Below, one piece after another: positions 37,689-47,018 of a stretch of DNA of 64,000 bases. Under the pieces are notes generated by a model. It searched no databases and was not told the origin of the DNA. It saw nothing but the letters and a program-made list of their open reading frames with translations. The position numbers were made by a program, and so were the translations under genes. This stretch comes from a virus. The stretch covers positions 94,715 through 158,714 of the IMG/VR virus record IMGVR_UViG_3300027969_000001, one strand, 5' to 3'. Position 1 is the stretch's first letter, and each line of letters opens with the position of its first letter.

Positions 37689-37889
37689 TTACTCAAGTCC
37701 TAATAAAAATCCGAATATGCCGCAACAAACACCAGCAACCACTAAACCTGCCGGCAGGTAAATCATGCTAGTGCCGACACTCGTAAACATTATAAATGAA
37801 AACATGAGCAAATTAGCGAATGTAGGCCTTTTGCTTTTGGACTTTAGCCATATTAAGGCTTTTCTACTAACTGTACGTAGTTTTGACAT
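37689..37889 (-). CDS. small membrane protein preceding portal
   Basis: Hydrophobic stretch ...IYLPAGLVVAGVCCGIFGFLLG; ATG 37889 with TACTGT 7 nt upstream. Confidence 0.6.
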   Translation of the reverse strand: MSKLRTVSRKALIWLKSKSKRPTFANLLMFSFIMFTSVGTSMIYLPAGLVVAGVCCGIFGFLLGLE

Positions 37890-37949
37890 ATACCATACAG
37901 TAGCGCACAAATGCACCTTTTGGAACGACAAGAGTAGTGAAAGAAACTT

Positions 37950-39263
37950 ATGACAAAGAAACCTAACTGGGATGATGTCCTTGAGTACTTGCAACCAAAA
38001 GAACCATTGTTTTGCCCAGAAGAACCTTCAATTAACCAAAAGGTGTTCTTGAGAACAAATGGGATAGAAGCTTTGTTTGGCGGAGCAGCAGGTGGAGGAA
38101 AATCGTCGGCCTTACTAATGGCCGCTCTCCAGTACGTAGACGTGCCTGGTTATTCAGCCCTTCTCTGTCGTAGAACTTTCGCCGACCTTTCGCTCCCTGG
38201 AGCACTCATGGACCGCTTTAGGTCGTGGATAAGTAACTACGACGACGTTCATTGGAATAACAACACCTTTATCGCCACATTCCCATCTGGCGCAAGAATA
38301 TCCTTCGGTTATCTGAATAACGTCAATGACTACCTTCGCTACAAGGGTTCCGAATTTCAATTCATCGGAATGGATGAAGTTACAGAAATCAGAGAATCTG
38401 ACTACAGATACCTGTTCTCTCGTCTCCGTCGTCCAGCATCTGGTCCAGTTTCTCAAGTTCCACTACGGATGCGCTGTGCTTCAAACCCTGCCCCCAACTG
38501 GGTTAGACAAAGATTTATCGTAGAAGGCAAACAAGAGAGCAGGGTCTTTGTTCCTTCAACACTGAAAGATAACCCAGGAATTGACGCTGATTCATACCGT
38601 CAGTCACTGTCCGCTCTTGACCCTGTAGAAAGAAGAAGACTTGAAGAAGGAGACTGGTGGAGCACCACTCTTGGAAGCCTCTTTGACAGACCAGCATTTG
38701 AAATAATTGATGGCAACGAAATCCCACCCATATCTCCGGCAGCAAGAGTTGTTAGATACTGGGACCTTGCAGCCACGGAACCATCCACGTCCTATCCTGA
38801 CCCCGACTGGACGGTAGGAACGCTAATGATGTTCGACCAGGGCGTTTCATATATTTTGGATGTCAGGCGCGAACGCTTCAGAGGAGAAAAAGTTGAAAAA
38901 CTGATTGCTCAAACAGCTCTCGAAGATGGCATCGGAGTTCCGATACGAATGGAGCAAGAGCCTGGTTCGTCAGGTAAAGCACTCATGGACCAGTATGCAA
39001 GGTATGTGGTTCCAGGATATGACTTCGGTGCAATTCGTCCATCAGGAGACAAGGTAACAAGAGCCAGGCCGTTTGCTGCGGCTACTGCTAACGGAAACGT
39101 AAGAATAATCAGAGCGTCATGGTTGAGTGCGTGGCTTGACGAATTCTCATCTTTTCCTGAAGCCTGCGACCATGACGACCAAGTCGACTCTGCAGTTGGA
39201 GCTTTTACATTTTTAACTGGCTTGGGGTTGCCTCAAAGAAAACGTGTCTCTATACTCATCTAA
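37950..39263 (+). CDS. terL: terminase large subunit
   Basis: GGAAGGGKS Walker A, FIGMDEVTE Walker B, CASNP, YWDLAAT, DDQVDS nuclease motif. Confidence 0.93.
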   Translation: MTKKPNWDDVLEYLQPKEPLFCPEEPSINQKVFLRTNGIEALFGGAAGGGKSSALLMAALQYVDVPGYSALLCRRTFADLSLPGALMDRFRSWISNYDDVHWNNNTFIATFPSGARISFGYLNNVNDYLRYKGSEFQFIGMDEVTEIRESDYRYLFSRLRRPASGPVSQVPLRMRCASNPAPNWVRQRFIVEGKQESRVFVPSTLKDNPGIDADSYRQSLSALDPVERRRLEEGDWWSTTLGSLFDRPAFEIIDGNEIPPISPAARVVRYWDLAATEPSTSYPDPDWTVGTLMMFDQGVSYILDVRRERFRGEKVEKLIAQTALEDGIGVPIRMEQEPGSSGKALMDQYARYVVPGYDFGAIRPSGDKVTRARPFAAATANGNVRIIRASWLSAWLDEFSSFPEACDHDDQVDSAVGAFTFLTGLGLPQRKRVSILI

Positions 39264-39286
39264 ACATAACTAGATAAGGGGATACT

Positions 39287-39784
39287 ATGACCCTGAGTAA
39301 AATTCAGGAAATACAATCACTCATTACAGCTCTCGATACTGAGTTGAGTGAGTTTATGGATTCATCGCCATCTGTATCGGAAGCCTGTGCCGTACTAATT
39401 GACATGAATCTACTGAAACGAGACATGTCTCTTGTTTATGACTTCTTTGCTACGTCGGTTGGACACACAATGGGCGACACCGAGAGTGTTCTCATTGAAG
39501 GCGGAGGAGAGGTTGAAAAGAAATCTTCTTATGACCGCAAGGGCTGGCAACACAAAGAAATAGGTTCTGCTGTTGCTGACAAGATTGTCAAAATGTCAGT
39601 CGATATGGACACTGGGGAAGTAATGAAAACCCCTCGCGAAATAGCCGTAGAGATGCTAAGTTACTGTGCGCCGTCGTACTGGCGGATTAAAGAACTAAAC
39701 AAAATTGGTATCAACCCTGACAACTACTGTGAAGTTGGGGAGCTGAAAACCAGCATCATTGTTCGCAAACCAAAGAATAAATAG
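39287..39784 (+). CDS. hypothetical protein (recombination cluster)
   Basis: 165-aa ORF with AAGGGG RBS. Confidence 0.65.
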   Translation: MTLSKIQEIQSLITALDTELSEFMDSSPSVSEACAVLIDMNLLKRDMSLVYDFFATSVGHTMGDTESVLIEGGGEVEKKSSYDRKGWQHKEIGSAVADKIVKMSVDMDTGEVMKTPREIAVEMLSYCAPSYWRIKELNKIGINPDNYCEVGELKTSIIVRKPKNK

Positions 39785-39798
39785 AAGGTAGAACCAAA

Positions 39799-40473
39799 AT
39801 GGACAGACATGAATCTGATATTGAAAAAGCACTAGCACAACCATTTCCTGAGGAGATGGAAAAGGTGCTCATGAAAAGTGGCGTAGAGCTTATCTACCTG
39901 CCAATCAGCGAAGTCATCAACCGCCTCAATAAGGTACTTGGTGTTGATAGTTGGTCGTTTGAAATTATTTCCGTACGACGTGACGACATAGACCCTGACG
40001 AACTAGTCGCTCACGTAAGTATCACTGCTGAAATCAACGGCAAGTCGGTAGTCAAGCATGGCTTCGGTGGACAAAGTGTAAAGCGCGTAAAGAGCAGTGG
40101 GAAACCAGTTGACCTTGGCAACGATTTCAAGGGTGCTGTTTCTGATGCATTAAAGAAGGCAGCACAGCTACTCGGTGTTGGTTTATACTTGGCACGAAGC
40201 GCTGACGCAATGGATGCTGAAGACGCAATGAGTATGCCAGAACATGTTGAGCCGCCACAGCCAGCTTCTCCCAAAGATGAAAAGTGGAACAATTTTGTAG
40301 ACATTACAAAAGGAATGTCTAAAGAACAAAAAGATGAACTCAATAAATTCTGGGAAGAGCATGCTCCGGGCAAACCAAAGCCTACAAAATCAACCGCAAC
40401 TGAAGAAGATATCCAAGCCCTTCTTGTTGAGTCATTGCGCATTCAACTCGGCGGAACATACGTAAATGAGTGA
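39799..40473 (+). CDS. Rad52/Sak-family single-strand annealing protein
   Basis: L.QPF...LIYL...VINRLNKVLG..W...KGAVSDALKKAAQLLGVGLYL. Confidence 0.85.
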   Translation: MDRHESDIEKALAQPFPEEMEKVLMKSGVELIYLPISEVINRLNKVLGVDSWSFEIISVRRDDIDPDELVAHVSITAEINGKSVVKHGFGGQSVKRVKSSGKPVDLGNDFKGAVSDALKKAAQLLGVGLYLARSADAMDAEDAMSMPEHVEPPQPASPKDEKWNNFVDITKGMSKEQKDELNKFWEEHAPGKPKPTKSTATEEDIQALLVESLRIQLGGTYVNE

Positions 40474-41242
40474 TTCAAAAGCGCCACTAGTGGCTCCGGA
40501 GTACCTCTCTCCATCTTCGATATCAACGTTTAGACAGTGCCCGTTAAAGTTTAAGTTTGGCAAAATAGATGGCTTGTATGAACCAGGCTCTGATGCAACT
40601 GTTCTAGGTAACTTCGTTCATGAAGTTCTAGAAACGATGTATGCTCTCCCTCCGGAACAGCGTACGCAGGATACGGCAAAAGATATTGCTAGAGAACTAT
40701 GGGCATCTAAGTGGCTGGAAGAGTCATCAAAGTATGTTCGCGGTGAAAAAGAATTAAACCGTTTCCGATGGACTGCATGGTGGTGCATAGAAAATATTTG
40801 GATGCTTGAAAAGCCAGAAGATGTTGAACCTTGGGGTATTGAGACACACGTAAAGGGAGAGATAGGTGGAGTCAAAATACATGGCTTTATTGACAGACTC
40901 TCGATTAGTGGCGACACGGCAAAAGTTAGTGACTATAAAACTGGCAAGACACCCAAGAAAAACTACATGTCAGATAAGTACTTTCAACTAATTATCTACA
41001 CTCAACTTCTTTACAGTGTTGGTATTGATTCTCCTAAAAAAGAAATAGAACTTCTTTACCTCAAGGACGGGGTAAGGTTTGAAAAACAAATAACTCAAGA
41101 AGACATTGATGAGGTCGTACTAACACTTCGTGAAGTCAAAGACGGAATAGACTCAAGATGTGAATCCGGAGAATTTGAACCAAAAACATCAATACTGTGT
41201 AACTGGTGCGGTTTTAAGGCGCTATGTCCAGCTTGGAAATAA
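40466..41242 (+). CDS. PD-(D/E)XK exonuclease (RecB/Cas4-like, Fe-S staple)
   Basis: LSPSSI..F.QCP, G..VHEVLE, GFIDRL, DYKTGK, QL.IY, C..C...C C-terminus. Confidence 0.88.
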   Translation: MSDSKAPLVAPEYLSPSSISTFRQCPLKFKFGKIDGLYEPGSDATVLGNFVHEVLETMYALPPEQRTQDTAKDIARELWASKWLEESSKYVRGEKELNRFRWTAWWCIENIWMLEKPEDVEPWGIETHVKGEIGGVKIHGFIDRLSISGDTAKVSDYKTGKTPKKNYMSDKYFQLIIYTQLLYSVGIDSPKKEIELLYLKDGVRFEKQITQEDIDEVVLTLREVKDGIDSRCESGEFEPKTSILCNWCGFKALCPAWK

Positions 41243-41262
41243 AACAGACAAAGGCAATAGGT

Positions 41263-41772
41263 GTGGAACTGAATGACGACGCATTTGCTCGCATGGTGGC
41301 TGAAGAGGTAAAAAACAAACTCTCACCAATTCACAAAAATGATTTAATGCAGGAGCACAACTGGGGCAGGTGGAAAGAAGCATTGCTGGCTCTTTCGGAG
41401 AATCTTCAGGACCAGATAGACAGCATTGAGGCCGATTCAGAGTCGGACGAGCGCAGGTACGCATCACTTGGGGCCAAAGGCAAAAGACTAAGTCGTGAGG
41501 CGACGTCGTACTACGACACTAAAGCCACGAGAATTAAACGGTTTCAATTTCATGTCGACAAACGCCTAGACGAAGTTATGCAGATGATTGAGACAGGAGA
41601 AGCTATTGTTAACGATGGCTGGTCTCAGGTTGAATTCTTAAAGAAAGCAATTACAACGCATAGGGAAATGTTGCGAGACTTTGACCTAGAAGACACATCT
41701 ATCGACAGAGCTCTTTGGGCTACACTTGACAACAAGTGGTTATTCGATTCGGTAACCGACGACAATTTGTAA
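41263..41772 (+). CDS. hypothetical protein
   Basis: Helical ORF; start uncertain (ATG 41224 or GTG 41263). Confidence 0.6.
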   Translation: MELNDDAFARMVAEEVKNKLSPIHKNDLMQEHNWGRWKEALLALSENLQDQIDSIEADSESDERRYASLGAKGKRLSREATSYYDTKATRIKRFQFHVDKRLDEVMQMIETGEAIVNDGWSQVEFLKKAITTHREMLRDFDLEDTSIDRALWATLDNKWLFDSVTDDNL

Positions 41773-41784
41773 ATTGGGGTATTA

Positions 41785-42129
41785 ATGTTGCGCAGAAACA
41801 AGCCCATTAAGAGACAAACAAAACCAATCGCTAACAGAAGCAAAAAGCAAGAAAAACTTTATGAAGAGCGACGCCCATTTGTTGCAAGAATCTTAGAAGA
41901 AAGACCAGCATGCGAGGCATGTAAAGTTTTCGCTGCACATGACGAAAAACCCACATTTGTGCAATACCCAAGTCAAGACGTACACGAACTGGTACGCAGG
42001 TCGCAAGGTGGGTCAATCTTGGACGAAAAAAACGTTTTAGCCGTTTGCCGTAAATGTCATACACGAATAGGGAATTACCCTCAATTAGCAATAGACCTTG
42101 GGTTGGCTAAAAGAAGCTGGGAAAGCTAA
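41785..42129 (+). CDS. small HNH endonuclease
   Basis: CEAC...DVHELVRRSQGG....NVLAVCRKCH. Confidence 0.85.
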   Translation: MLRRNKPIKRQTKPIANRSKKQEKLYEERRPFVARILEERPACEACKVFAAHDEKPTFVQYPSQDVHELVRRSQGGSILDEKNVLAVCRKCHTRIGNYPQLAIDLGLAKRSWES

Positions 42130-42169
42130 TCATCATTTTTGTCAAAATACTGAAATGATAAAATAGATA

Positions 42170-42296
42170 CAGTGCACTACTTCGTTCCGTAAAAAGAAAG
42201 GTGGTGATTTAGGTCTAGCAGGGAAACCTGCAGCAAAATTGATTAGTCATTCAGTGACGAATCTTTCCCGTCTGCCTTTTGGTCGGGCGGGTTTTT
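42170..42296 (+). ncRNA. candidate structured small RNA with own promoter and terminator
   Basis: TGaTAAAAT at 42156-42164; stems CACTAC/GTGGTG, GCAGG-GAAA-CCTGC, GATTaGTCAT-TCA-GTGACgAATC; terminator 42267-42296. Confidence 0.45.
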
Positions 42297-42947
42297 GCTT
42301 TTTAAACTCTCCACAGAGCCAATACGGTTATCTATTCGTTCACTACCGCCAGGATAAATGTCTCGCAGTTTTTCGCCATCTGCTGTAGTAATTGCACCGC
42401 CGTGAATAACTTTGCCAGGGCTAAACCCGTAACAAGCGTTCACAACATCACAGACGCCAAACATCATGACTGAAATCCTCTTGCGTCGCCAGTTTGGAGA
42501 AGTAGTAATCTGCTGAATCATCGGGTCTCCAGCACGCCAGTTAATCATTCCGGCCCATGTGGACATATATTCCTTCTCAAGCACCCGAGAGGCTTCTGAG
42601 CCCTCAATCACGGTGCCCCAAGGGTATCTACTGTCGGCAAACCCAAGAAGAATTAAATGAGGAGGCTGGATATGTCGCCCGTCAAGTAGTACAAACCAAA
42701 GTTTAACTACTTCGTCTTCAGAGCCAAAGACTTCTGGACGGTAATACTTGACTACTAAATGACCTTCGGCATCAACTTCTCCGCGTCCCCACTCGGTCAG
42801 GTCTTCAGTGGGTAGTTCTTCATCAGGGCTATACCAGCGTTTGGGCGGTTGTTTATCTAGTCCGTAAGAAAACCAACGAATATCAAAGAAATTATCGCTT
42901 AATTTGTTTCCAGTATCAAGCGCAAATGTTGAGGGTAGTTTTGCCAT
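42243..42947 (-). CDS. putative GNAT-family acetyltransferase
   Basis: IQQITTSPNWRRKRIS resembles acetyl-CoA-binding motif A, followed by H...T.DG; leaderless TAGTAT. Confidence 0.45.
   Translation of the reverse strand: MAKLPSTFALDTGNKLSDNFFDIRWFSYGLDKQPPKRWYSPDEELPTEDLTEWGRGEVDAEGHLVVKYYRPEVFGSEDEVVKLWFVLLDGRHIQPPHLILLGFADSRYPWGTVIEGSEASRVLEKEYMSTWAGMINWRAGDPMIQQITTSPNWRRKRISVMMFGVCDVVNACYGFSPGKVIHGGAITTADGEKLRDIYPGGSERIDNRIGSVESLKSKNPPDQKADGKDSSLND
42267..42296 (+). terminator. intrinsic terminator
   Basis: CCCGTCTGCC-TTTT-GGTCGGGCGGG followed by TTTTT. Confidence 0.7.
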
Positions 42948-42956
42948 ACGGCAATA

Positions 42957-43646
42957 CTAGTCGTTCCACCATGCTGTCCATGGCTTGGCTGAAGCAGATG
43001 CTCCATCCCCGTGGATACCAGTGTAAGCAACGGAGATTGTCACTTTTGCGTCATCTTCGTAGCCTGTCCAGTCTCCGCCATCAGCGTAAACGAACATTTG
43101 GAGAATTTCGTCAGTGTTCATAATTGCAACATCAGTGAGGTAGGTATTTGCCTCCCACTCATTAAAGGTGTTCCAACTGTTGTTTATCGCACGGGCTTTA
43201 TCAATAGGTGTTGCTGCTGTGCTTCGGATGTCAAGAGCACCGTTTCCCCAGTACTGCTGCGTCCCCCATGCCCCAACTCTTCCAGCAGCATCATCTGGGT
43301 TACCAAGCCACATTGTTGGCTTCAGTTCTTCATTGACATCGCCATCCCACGGAACATTTTCAAAGCCAAACACCCAATCTGATGGGTTGTCAATTGCGTT
43401 GTGCTGTGTCTTTGAGTTCTTTGACTTGATTGCCGCAAGGCGAAGTAGTCTTTCAGTTGACTCAATATCAACAGTTGTTTCGTCACCCTGCCAAAGACCA
43501 GATGTTGGACCGTAAATCTGCTGCGTGGTAAACCAGATTGACTCAATCTTCACACGGAACGGAAACGACACATTCAGATATGAAGGGTCGCCCTCTCTTA
43601 CTGTCCAGTCGTAGTTGACAATTGATGGTGCGATAATTCCTGACAT
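42957..43646 (-). CDS. putative virion structural protein, paralog of 43658-44359
   Basis: MSGIIAPSI..SFPFRVKIESIWFT..IMN.DE.L..FVY.DGGDW..YTGI.G shared with neighbour. Confidence 0.6.
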   Translation of the reverse strand: MSGIIAPSIVNYDWTVREGDPSYLNVSFPFRVKIESIWFTTQQIYGPTSGLWQGDETTVDIESTERLLRLAAIKSKNSKTQHNAIDNPSDWVFGFENVPWDGDVNEELKPTMWLGNPDDAAGRVGAWGTQQYWGNGALDIRSTAATPIDKARAINNSWNTFNEWEANTYLTDVAIMNTDEILQMFVYADGGDWTGYEDDAKVTISVAYTGIHGDGASASAKPWTAWWND

Positions 43647-43657
43647 TTTGTCTCCTA

Positions 43658-44359
43658 TTAGTTGTTTCTTCCATCCCAGATACGGGTTGGATTAGAAATG
43701 TCTGAGCCGCCAATACCTGTGTATTGAACGAAGATTGATGCCAAGCCAGAGTTGTTGGTGTAGTCGCCCCAGTCACCACCGTCTTCGTAAACAAATAGCG
43801 ATAGAACCTCATCTGGGTTCATGATTGACAAGTCGGTCTTGTACTTATTTGCCAGATACTCGGCATTGTCCCAGCCGTAGTTATTCCATTCTCCCATTAC
43901 TTCCATGCTTGGAAGAGGGCGAGCGGTGCTGCGATACACGCTTCGCGTGTCTTGCCAGTTGTCGTACTGAACGACCTGTTCTGGAGTTTCTGGGTCGTTG
44001 TCATCAACATTGTCACGGTTGTCAGGGTCGCCGAACCAGATGGAAGGCTTTGATTCGTACTGCAATCCAGCACCCCACTCGTTCCATAGGATGTTGTAGT
44101 CGGTCGGGTAATCATCGGTTGAATCAGGGCGAAGAGCGTTGCGCGTCTTGACACCACCAAGCCGCAACACGCGGTTGAGGTTCTTGGGGTTGTACCCGCC
44201 ATCATTGTTGTCGCCGCGACCACTCAAAGCATCATCAGCAGTGAACCAGATTGACTCAATCTTAATTCGGAATGGAAACGAAAGGTTTACATACTTCTTG
44301 AAATATGTGTCTACTTCGTATTGCATGGTGAGGATTGACGGTGGAATAATTCCAGACAT
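43658..44359 (-). CDS. putative virion structural protein, paralog of 42957-43646
   Basis: MSGIIPPSI..SFPFRIKIESIWFT..IMNPDEVL..FVYEDGGDW..YTGIGG. Confidence 0.6.
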   Translation of the reverse strand: MSGIIPPSILTMQYEVDTYFKKYVNLSFPFRIKIESIWFTADDALSGRGDNNDGGYNPKNLNRVLRLGGVKTRNALRPDSTDDYPTDYNILWNEWGAGLQYESKPSIWFGDPDNRDNVDDNDPETPEQVVQYDNWQDTRSVYRSTARPLPSMEVMGEWNNYGWDNAEYLANKYKTDLSIMNPDEVLSLFVYEDGGDWGDYTNNSGLASIFVQYTGIGGSDISNPTRIWDGRNN

Positions 44360-44398
44360 TTTTTCTCCTGTTAGTAAGTAACGTTAATATTGTGACAT

Positions 44399-44435
44399 AA
44401 AAAATCACCCCGCCCACTAGGAACGGGGTGATTTT
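44399..44435 (-). terminator. intrinsic terminator (potentially bidirectional)
   Basis: AAAATCACCCCG-loop-CGGGGTGATTTT downstream of 44454-44804. Confidence 0.75.
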
Positions 44436-44453
44436 AATTACGAAAAAGTTAAA

Positions 44454-44804
44454 TTAGCCTTCAACAACCGTGAATGCGACAGTCATGTTTGAACCGGCAG
44501 TACTAGAACCAATTTGTGAAACGTCAAGGCTAACAAGAGCGCCTGCTGCAAAATCGCAATTAGCAGCGGTAAGCGTGCCTGCGTCTGAAGTGCCGCTGAT
44601 TGCGATTGAGAACGCTGCTGCGACATCAGAACCGACCTTGAGGTCTGCGTTAAGCGCTGCACCAGTAGGGGCTGTGGTGACGGCAACATAAGCGCCTGTG
44701 ATTGTGCCAGCAAACGGCATAGCCATTGTGACGATACTGTTTGTTGTAAGCACGCCTGGGATTGTGAGCGTGACGGTTGTTGGGGCAAGGACTGCTGTTG
44801 ACAT
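44454..44804 (-). CDS. small Ala/Thr-rich beta protein, putative capsid decoration/structural protein
   Basis: MPFAGTITG...APTGA.L.AD.K...AAGALVSLDVSQIGS..AGSNMTV; own promoter (TGcTATAAT, 44837-44845), AGGAG RBS and terminator. Confidence 0.55.
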   Translation of the reverse strand: MSTAVLAPTTVTLTIPGVLTTNSIVTMAMPFAGTITGAYVAVTTAPTGAALNADLKVGSDVAAAFSIAISGTSDAGTLTAANCDFAAGALVSLDVSQIGSSTAGSNMTVAFTVVEG

Positions 44805-44942
44805 TTTTTCTCCTGTGAAAGTCGTTGTTAGTAGAAATTATAGCAAACTCTCGAACCACAAAAAGACCACCAAACCTGTAAAGGCAAATTTTATTTTTTT
44901 AATAATTTCGCTGTGTTAAAAAATACACATGTATAATTAAAG

Positions 44943-45006
44943 TTCTTAGGACCGTTATAGGCGCAGGGGCGGGGAGTCATTGGCTCCCCGTCCCTGCGTC
45001 TCTTTT
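44943..45006 (+). ncRNA. candidate ~64-nt small RNA: short leader plus 20-bp GC-rich terminator hairpin
   Basis: TATAAT 44932-44937; stem 44959-44978/44982-45001 with three G-U pairs that form only on the + strand; CTTTT tail. Confidence 0.45.
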
Positions 45007-45022
45007 GTTATATAGTCCCCTT

Positions 45023-45577
45023 GTGAACATCATTGGACTAGACCTCTCCCTGACCTCGACTGGGTACAGCATCAATGAGAAAACTGGCGTCATTGTGTCC
45101 AAAAATAAAGGGCCGGCAAGATTATCTGAAATTAATAAAATAGTTCTTCAGTTATGTCTTGATAACGATATTGAACTAGCGGTCATTGAAAGTTACTCAT
45201 TTGCTTCACGCAACTCACAGGCCCACAGTATTGGAGAGCTTGGCGGATGCATCAGAATGACCCTCTGGGAATGTTTCATTCCATACATTGACGTTCCTCC
45301 AACGTGTAGGGCAAAGTTTGCTACAGGAAAAGGAAATGCGTCAAAAGGTGAAGTCATCTCCTCTGTTTCCGCCAAGACTGGAATGGTCTTTAGTGGGGCT
45401 GGCGGGAACGACGAATGCGATGCGTGGGTCCTTGAACAGATGGGCCTAACCATGGCAGGATTATCTAAATGGGAGTGGACCAAAGAGCAGTTATCTGCCA
45501 TGGACAAAGTAGACTGGGCCAATCTAGAGAAGCTACAAAGTGGGAAAAATGAGAACATCACCAATCAGTCAAGTTGA
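45023..45577 (+). CDS. ruvC: RuvC-like Holliday junction resolvase
   Basis: IIGLDLSLTSTG, AVIESY, GELGG, KFATGKGNASK, NDECDAW; GTG start 6 nt after TATAGT. Confidence 0.85.
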   Translation: MNIIGLDLSLTSTGYSINEKTGVIVSKNKGPARLSEINKIVLQLCLDNDIELAVIESYSFASRNSQAHSIGELGGCIRMTLWECFIPYIDVPPTCRAKFATGKGNASKGEVISSVSAKTGMVFSGAGGNDECDAWVLEQMGLTMAGLSKWEWTKEQLSAMDKVDWANLEKLQSGKNENITNQSS

Positions 45578-45884
45578 TATTGAACAGGAACTAATACGTC
45601 TCGTTGAGAGACTTGAGGTACAAACCGAACAATTCGAAACACTGGCTATGGACTGTGCTAAAAAAGAAGCTCTTTATAAATCTAACTGGGCAAAAGAATA
45701 TCTTTCGGCTAAGGGCTCTATCAAAGAGAGAGAATCTTGGGCTGATTACAAGATGGACCAACAGAGTTTTGAGTACAAATGTGCTGAGGCTTTGGTTAAA
45801 TCTAAAAGAGAAAGTCTCTACTCAATTAGAACATCAATAGATGCAATACGAACCCTGAACGCAAACGTAAGAACGCAGGTATAA
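45549..45884 (+). CDS. helical hypothetical protein
   Basis: 111-aa coiled-coil-like ORF between ruvC and the ParB-like gene. Confidence 0.6.
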   Translation: MRTSPISQVDIEQELIRLVERLEVQTEQFETLAMDCAKKEALYKSNWAKEYLSAKGSIKERESWADYKMDQQSFEYKCAEALVKSKRESLYSIRTSIDAIRTLNANVRTQV

Positions 45885-45885
45885 A

Positions 45886-46758
45886 ATGGCAAACGGAATA
45901 CACAAGTCTTTACTCCCACTCGCAGTTGACATAGATACCCTGTCTCCACTCGGTGGTAACCCACGACATGGGAACGTGGAGGCAATCATGTCCTCTTATA
46001 CAGAGTTTGGACAGATAAAGCCGATAGTTGTTCGCCCAAACGTTGATGGCACTTCTACGATTATTGCGGGAAACCATCAATACCAAGCAGCCAAAAGACT
46101 TGGATGGGACAAGATTGCAGCAGTTGAATATCACGTAGATGACAAGAGAGCTTTGGCTTTTGCGCTCGCTGACAATAGAACAATGGAGCTCGGTTACACC
46201 GAACCAGAACTACTCAACGACATCATCACGGAGATAAATGAATTCTATCCGGAACTCATAGAAGGGCTTGGATGGGACGAGTACGAAGTTGCCGAAATAG
46301 AGCAGCGTTCAATCCGTGAAGATAACCAAGTTGTGTCTGGTGGGTCATACACAGCACCAACGATGGTAGCCAATAACGAATTTGCCGGCAATGGATTCTC
46401 ACCTTCTTCAAGGGTGGATAGCTTTAGTAGTTACGAAGAACGTGATGAAGATGAAGAACGACCAAAAGCATCAATAGACATGAATAACGTCTCAATAACG
46501 CGAGACAGGGATGGCAATCAACAAATCAATGCTCGTGCTGGAGTGGACCAGAACGATGCAGTTACTCGTGGTTCCACTACGGTTTCTCCGGGCTCTGCTC
46601 CTCAAGCTGTCGTACAGTACACAATCGTATTCGATAATCACGACCAGCAAAGAACTTGGTACGACTTCATTAAGTGGCTCAAATCAGATGCCGCAGTAGT
46701 AGGTACAACGACCGCAGAACGATTGATTGACTTTATTCAACAACATACGGAGATTTAA
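45886..46758 (+). CDS. ParB/Srx N-terminal domain protein
   Basis: NPRHG...S..EFGQIKPIVV...IIAGNHQYQAAKRLGW...LADNRT. Confidence 0.85.
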   Translation: MANGIHKSLLPLAVDIDTLSPLGGNPRHGNVEAIMSSYTEFGQIKPIVVRPNVDGTSTIIAGNHQYQAAKRLGWDKIAAVEYHVDDKRALAFALADNRTMELGYTEPELLNDIITEINEFYPELIEGLGWDEYEVAEIEQRSIREDNQVVSGGSYTAPTMVANNEFAGNGFSPSSRVDSFSSYEERDEDEERPKASIDMNNVSITRDRDGNQQINARAGVDQNDAVTRGSTTVSPGSAPQAVVQYTIVFDNHDQQRTWYDFIKWLKSDAAVVGTTTAERLIDFIQQHTEI

Positions 46759-47018
46759 TGGCTATCGGTAGCGAAGGCGAAATAGGAACAACGTTTACTG
46801 TTTGGGGGAAAATGTCTCAAGCAGATAGAGACGCGTGGTTTAAGCACATGCGCGAGAATTGGGTGCCTTTACAAAAAGGTTACGCAACTCTTGTGTTGAA
46901 AAAAGAAAACAATCCGTTCTATGAGAGCAAAGAAGCTCGCGAATTAAGACAACTTAGGTCTCTTTATAATGAAGCCAAGGCCGAGATACAAAGACTTTCA
47001 CAGATTGCAAAATACTAA
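46758..47018 (+). CDS. hypothetical protein
   Basis: 86-aa ORF abutting genes on both sides. Confidence 0.55.
   Translation: MAIGSEGEIGTTFTVWGKMSQADRDAWFKHMRENWVPLQKGYATLVLKKENNPFYESKEARELRQLRSLYNEAKAEIQRLSQIAKY

Noticed and set aside
42957-44359. DGR template/variable repeat pair
   Set aside because: Similarity is between two intact paralogous genes, differences are not adenine-specific, and no reverse transcriptase is in the window.
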